From Calditrichaceae bacterium (GTDB lineage Bacteria; Calditrichota; Calditrichia; Calditrichales; JBFXGD01), in contig JBFXLE010000048.1 of assembly GCA_050173015.1 (NCBI GenBank), forward strand, positions 1 to 10,533: a stretch of 10,533 nucleotides of DNA, given 5' to 3'. The notes beneath the pieces are model-generated. The model saw nothing but the letters and a program-made list of their open reading frames with translations, was not told the DNA's origin and did no database searches. Positions 7,781-10,533 of this stretch are shown here, in pieces. The position numbers were made by a program, and so were the translations under genes. How positions within the stretch are numbered: the first letter of the stretch is position 1; the number at the start of each line of letters is the position of its first letter.

Positions 7781-8652
7781 AAATGATAACGCCTTGCAAA
7801 TCCGTTTGAAATTTTATAAATGCTTAACAGACTGAATACGATAACAAACGCGATGGTAATGCCCTGCAGATGCTTGAAAAATATATTACTGATATAGCCG
7901 ATATTTCCGATGGTATTACCGATGGCCAGAATATCCTGCTTACTGTCAATTTTCGCCAGCAGGCTACCCAGGGTCACCGGAAAGTTGACCGTACTGACAT
8001 CCGTTGTCAATCCGACCGATACAATAAAATCGATGCTGCATAATAAAAAGACGGTGATTCCGAAAATGGATATCATTTTATTAAAAAGATGCACCCAGCT
8101 GTTTTTCCAGAGAATGTCCCGGTTGATGATCCGCGGTTCCGGAATTCCGCAAACACGCATGGCATTGAAAAAATCCGACTTTTTGAAATACGCGATCCGC
8201 TCTCGCATTAAATCGACCAATTCCAGAAAAACGAAAAGGCTGATCACAAATGCGGTTAAAATTATCGTTGAAAAGGTATCTGAAAGAGAACCGGTCGCCA
8301 TTAAATAGGTGATCAGCAAATAACCCAGCAAAATACCGATAATTTGCGGTACGGACCGGATCAGATTCAGAATAAAATTTAATCCGGAATAGGGAATGTT
8401 TTTTATTTTATCTTCAAGAAAATAGAGCGCCAGAGTCACTCCCCAGCTTAACAGCGCCGAAAAGACAATCACCATAAATGCGATGATAAACGTATTGAAA
8501 AATCCCTCTTCAATCTGTCTTCTTGCCGGTTCATTCAGATACAACAGATCCCAGCCCCAGATCATCAGTATTCCCGCGCCCCAGATCAGAGCCCACAGAT
8601 AATCTTTCTGTTGATAAAATTCTTTAAAACGCGCGATAATAGTCGAGCTCAT
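7777..8652 (-). CDS. ABC transporter permease, divergent OppC/DppC-like
   Basis: About six hydrophobic segments, LIRSVPQII helix, EAA-like loop KKSDFFNAMRVCGIPEPRIINRDILWKN. ATG 8652 chosen; GTG 8658 is an alternative start. Confidence 0.85.
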   Translation of the reverse strand: MSSTIIARFKEFYQQKDYLWALIWGAGILMIWGWDLLYLNEPARRQIEEGFFNTFIIAFMVIVFSALLSWGVTLALYFLEDKIKNIPYSGLNFILNLIRSVPQIIGILLGYLLITYLMATGSLSDTFSTIILTAFVISLFVFLELVDLMRERIAYFKKSDFFNAMRVCGIPEPRIINRDILWKNSWVHLFNKMISIFGITVFLLCSIDFIVSVGLTTDVSTVNFPVTLGSLLAKIDSKQDILAIGNTIGNIGYISNIFFKHLQGITIAFVIVFSLLSIYKISNGFARRYHL

Positions 8653-8664
8653 ATACACCCGTGA

Positions 8665-9804
8665 TTAATCAATTGCAATATTTTCAAATTTCTGAGATTC
8701 CCGGTGCATCAGATAGTCCGCGCCGAGTTCGGTCAATTTCACGATATAAAACAATCCAAGCAGGATCACAATAACCACATCAAAATGCCGGTACAAAATA
8801 TTCTGCAGGAGCTCATAGCATAAATGCCCCTGAATATTCAGCGCCATTTCGATAATAATCAGTCCCGTGATTAAAAACGAAGCCTGCTCTTTTATTGTCG
8901 TCAGATACTGATAGCGCGCGTTGATAAAAATATGTTCAAAAACATGCCCGGGGAACCACTTTTTCCAGCTTAACACAGCCCGGTAAGAAATGCCGTCTTT
9001 TCTACCCGTGTCATAGGAGGAATGCAGATTTTTTACCACGGCAGTTTCCACATATCCCTTACGGCTCTCGCTCACCAGGAAGGTATAAAATCGGTTGGCG
9101 TAATTGATCAGCAAACCGTTGGATATCACACCAAGGAGAATCATAAACAGAAGCGAATCGGTGTTAAATTCTGTCCGGAAAGAGTAAGCGATAACATAGG
9201 CTGGTGAAAAAGCGATAAAATATCCGATTCCCTTCACCGTTGCTTTTCCCAGAAGATTTGCCGCGCCGGCAAGATATCTCATGACCGCTTTACCCTGCCA
9301 AAGAAATGGATGATGTCTTATATATCTGATCAATTCCGCCAGATAGGACTGCCTGTTTTGCTTTGTGTGAATAAAGCGGTTGACGGCAAGTGTCTGAACG
9401 GCATAGTAGGTCAAAACCAGAGTGATCAGATAAGCCAGAATAAATTTAAAATACATCCGGATCAGCTCAACCATCTTTTGACCGCTCAATCCTGTTCCCT
9501 TGCCGGCCCTGCTGACATTTTTTAAGAACTGATCTCTGCGGTACCGGTCCACTTGGGCCAACAGCGAATCATTACGCGTTTTATTACCGGGCTCAAAAAT
9601 ATTCAGGGTTTCTTTGAGAAGCGCTTTTTCAAAAGGATCGTCAAAATCGACAAAATTCATCTTCAGATAGGTCTCGATCTCGTCAAAATTTTGACGTTCT
9701 CTCCTCGTGTCCGCTGTACGGACTATTATCATCACCGCGAGCATGACCAGGGTGACTAAAGCGAGGCTCAGGATATGTTCGTTCAGGCTTTTTTTAAACT
9801 TCAA
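8665..9804 (-). CDS. ABC transporter permease, divergent OppB/DppB-like
   Basis: TM1 followed by a large soluble loop, EAA-like ESRKGYVETAVVKNL, HIFINA, and an OppB-type C-terminus ITGLIIIEMALNIQG...QNILYRHFDVV. TTG start is uncertain (no clear SD); an in-frame stop at 9820-9822 limits extension. Confidence 0.8.
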   Translation of the reverse strand: MKFKKSLNEHILSLALVTLVMLAVMIIVRTADTRRERQNFDEIETYLKMNFVDFDDPFEKALLKETLNIFEPGNKTRNDSLLAQVDRYRRDQFLKNVSRAGKGTGLSGQKMVELIRMYFKFILAYLITLVLTYYAVQTLAVNRFIHTKQNRQSYLAELIRYIRHHPFLWQGKAVMRYLAGAANLLGKATVKGIGYFIAFSPAYVIAYSFRTEFNTDSLLFMILLGVISNGLLINYANRFYTFLVSESRKGYVETAVVKNLHSSYDTGRKDGISYRAVLSWKKWFPGHVFEHIFINARYQYLTTIKEQASFLITGLIIIEMALNIQGHLCYELLQNILYRHFDVVIVILLGLFYIVKLTELGADYLMHRESQKFENIAID

Positions 9805-9854
9805 TGATTGATACCAGTTTTATAATTATGTTTTTTTGGGCGCAAGCACCATCT

Positions 9855-9922
9855 CCTACTCTTAACTCTTACACTCTTAACGCTCTTTACTTCTTACTTC
9901 TTACTTCCTACTTCAAACTTCC
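9855..9922. repeat. Heptamer tandem repeats (degenerate CTTAACT units, then CTTACTT/CCTACTT)
   Basis: Directly visible: ctcttaactcttacactcttaac ... tacttcttacttcttacttcctacttc. Confidence 0.8.
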
Positions 9923-10055
9923 CTTCCCAAGCAAGCAGAAGATCCTTCCAGGATGACCTACGGGGAGTACGTGGAATTAAGTGCTTAAATCATGCTCATC
10001 ATTTAATCATTTTAATCAAAGTTCAGACTAATTCTTACTTCCTACTTCTTACTTC
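9923..10055. repeat. 133-bp direct repeat, copy 1 (contains AATC module 9988-10028 and heptamers)
   Basis: Identical to 10257-10389 except T9972/C10306; offset 334 bp. Confidence 0.97.
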
Positions 10056-10072
10056 CTACTTCCCTTCTCTCC

Positions 10073-10175
10073 CTACTTTTTGAAGGCCAAAAAGTAGCAA
10101 AAAGCCTTGGCGAATTTTAACTCGTGTATCATTTATCCGTTTTTCAATTTACTTCACTCGGACAGAAAATTCGCC
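10073..10175. other. Structured element: hairpin with loop-pairing potential plus a second inverted repeat
   Basis: ctactttttg (10073-10082)/caaaaagtag (10088-10097); loop aaggc is complementary to gcctt (10104-10108); ggcgaatttt (10109-10118)/aaaattcgcc (10166-10175). Confidence 0.55.
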
Positions 10176-10256
10176 CCAAAAGAATCCCAAAACACAATTA
10201 TTGATTTTTCTTCTCTTTTTTCTTTTTTCTTTTATCTTTTTTCTTACTTTCCGCCT

Positions 10257-10389
10257 CTTCCCAAGCAAGCAGAAGATCCTTCCAGGATGACCTACGGGGA
10301 GTACGCGGAATTAAGTGCTTAAATCATGCTCATCATTTAATCATTTTAATCAAAGTTCAGACTAATTCTTACTTCCTACTTCTTACTTC
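10257..10389. repeat. 133-bp direct repeat, copy 2
   Basis: See copy 1; heptamer units continue to ~10403. Confidence 0.97.
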
Positions 10390-10476
10390 TTACTTCTTAC
10401 TTCCCTCTTTGTCAAGTCCTGAAATAGGTTTACAGATTTTGGTATATTTCTCTTGACAAATATCTTTTGTTTTTCC

Positions 10477-10502
10477 TTTCTCAAAGGGATCCCTTTGAGA
10501 AA
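10477..10502. repeat. 26-bp perfect palindrome
   Basis: tttctcaaaggga|tccctttgagaaa is fully self-complementary with no spacer. Confidence 0.9.
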
Positions 10503-10533
10503 TTTTTTCGGATCCATTTTTCATGCCGCATGT

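Noticed and set aside
6689..9759. Plus-strand ORFs antisense to the ABC operon
   Set aside because: Shadow ORFs; the minus-strand frames carry all the conserved motifs.
9957..9978. cctacggggagtacg..ggaatt resembles short conserved 16S rRNA words
   Set aside because: Similarity is limited to about a dozen bases and the flanks are not rRNA-like.
10107..10322. 71-aa ORF with a Phe-rich stretch, as a possible type I toxin
   Set aside because: TTG start without SD; the hydrophobic stretch is translated T-rich heptamers, and the tail lies in the duplicated unit.
9923..10389. CRISPR array interpretation of the direct repeats
   Set aside because: Only two units, 133-bp repeat and 201-bp spacer are far outside CRISPR sizes, and no cas genes are present.
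10390..10524. Minus-strand 44-codon open frame (MKNGSEKISQRDPFEK...)
   Set aside because: Short, crosses the palindrome and ends in heptamer repeats; no recognisable protein features.

Overview
Bacterial chromosomal segment with three parts. (1) A secreted tricorn-type S41 protease gene (545-3793, +) ending in a clear intrinsic terminator. (2) A more AT-rich accessory stretch (~3835-6280) holding a glycine-zipper lipoprotein gene broken by an in-frame TAA, a probable outer-membrane beta-barrel protein and a BrnT/BrnA toxin-antitoxin pair that appears leaderless and autoregulated. (3) A convergent minus-strand operon of two divergent OppB/OppC-like permeases and a two-domain ABC ATPase, with no substrate-binding protein gene. 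Both large intergenic regions (~100-400 and ~9850-10510) are mosaics of small repeat modules: pyrimidine-rich heptamer arrays, a 41-bp AATC module present three times, a GTAG-type REP hairpin, a 133-bp near-perfect duplication flanking a possible pseudoknotted element, and a 26-bp perfect palindrome. Signal peptides, a lipobox and a beta-barrel C-terminal motif point to a diderm host. All assignments come from reading motifs by eye; no database search was run.
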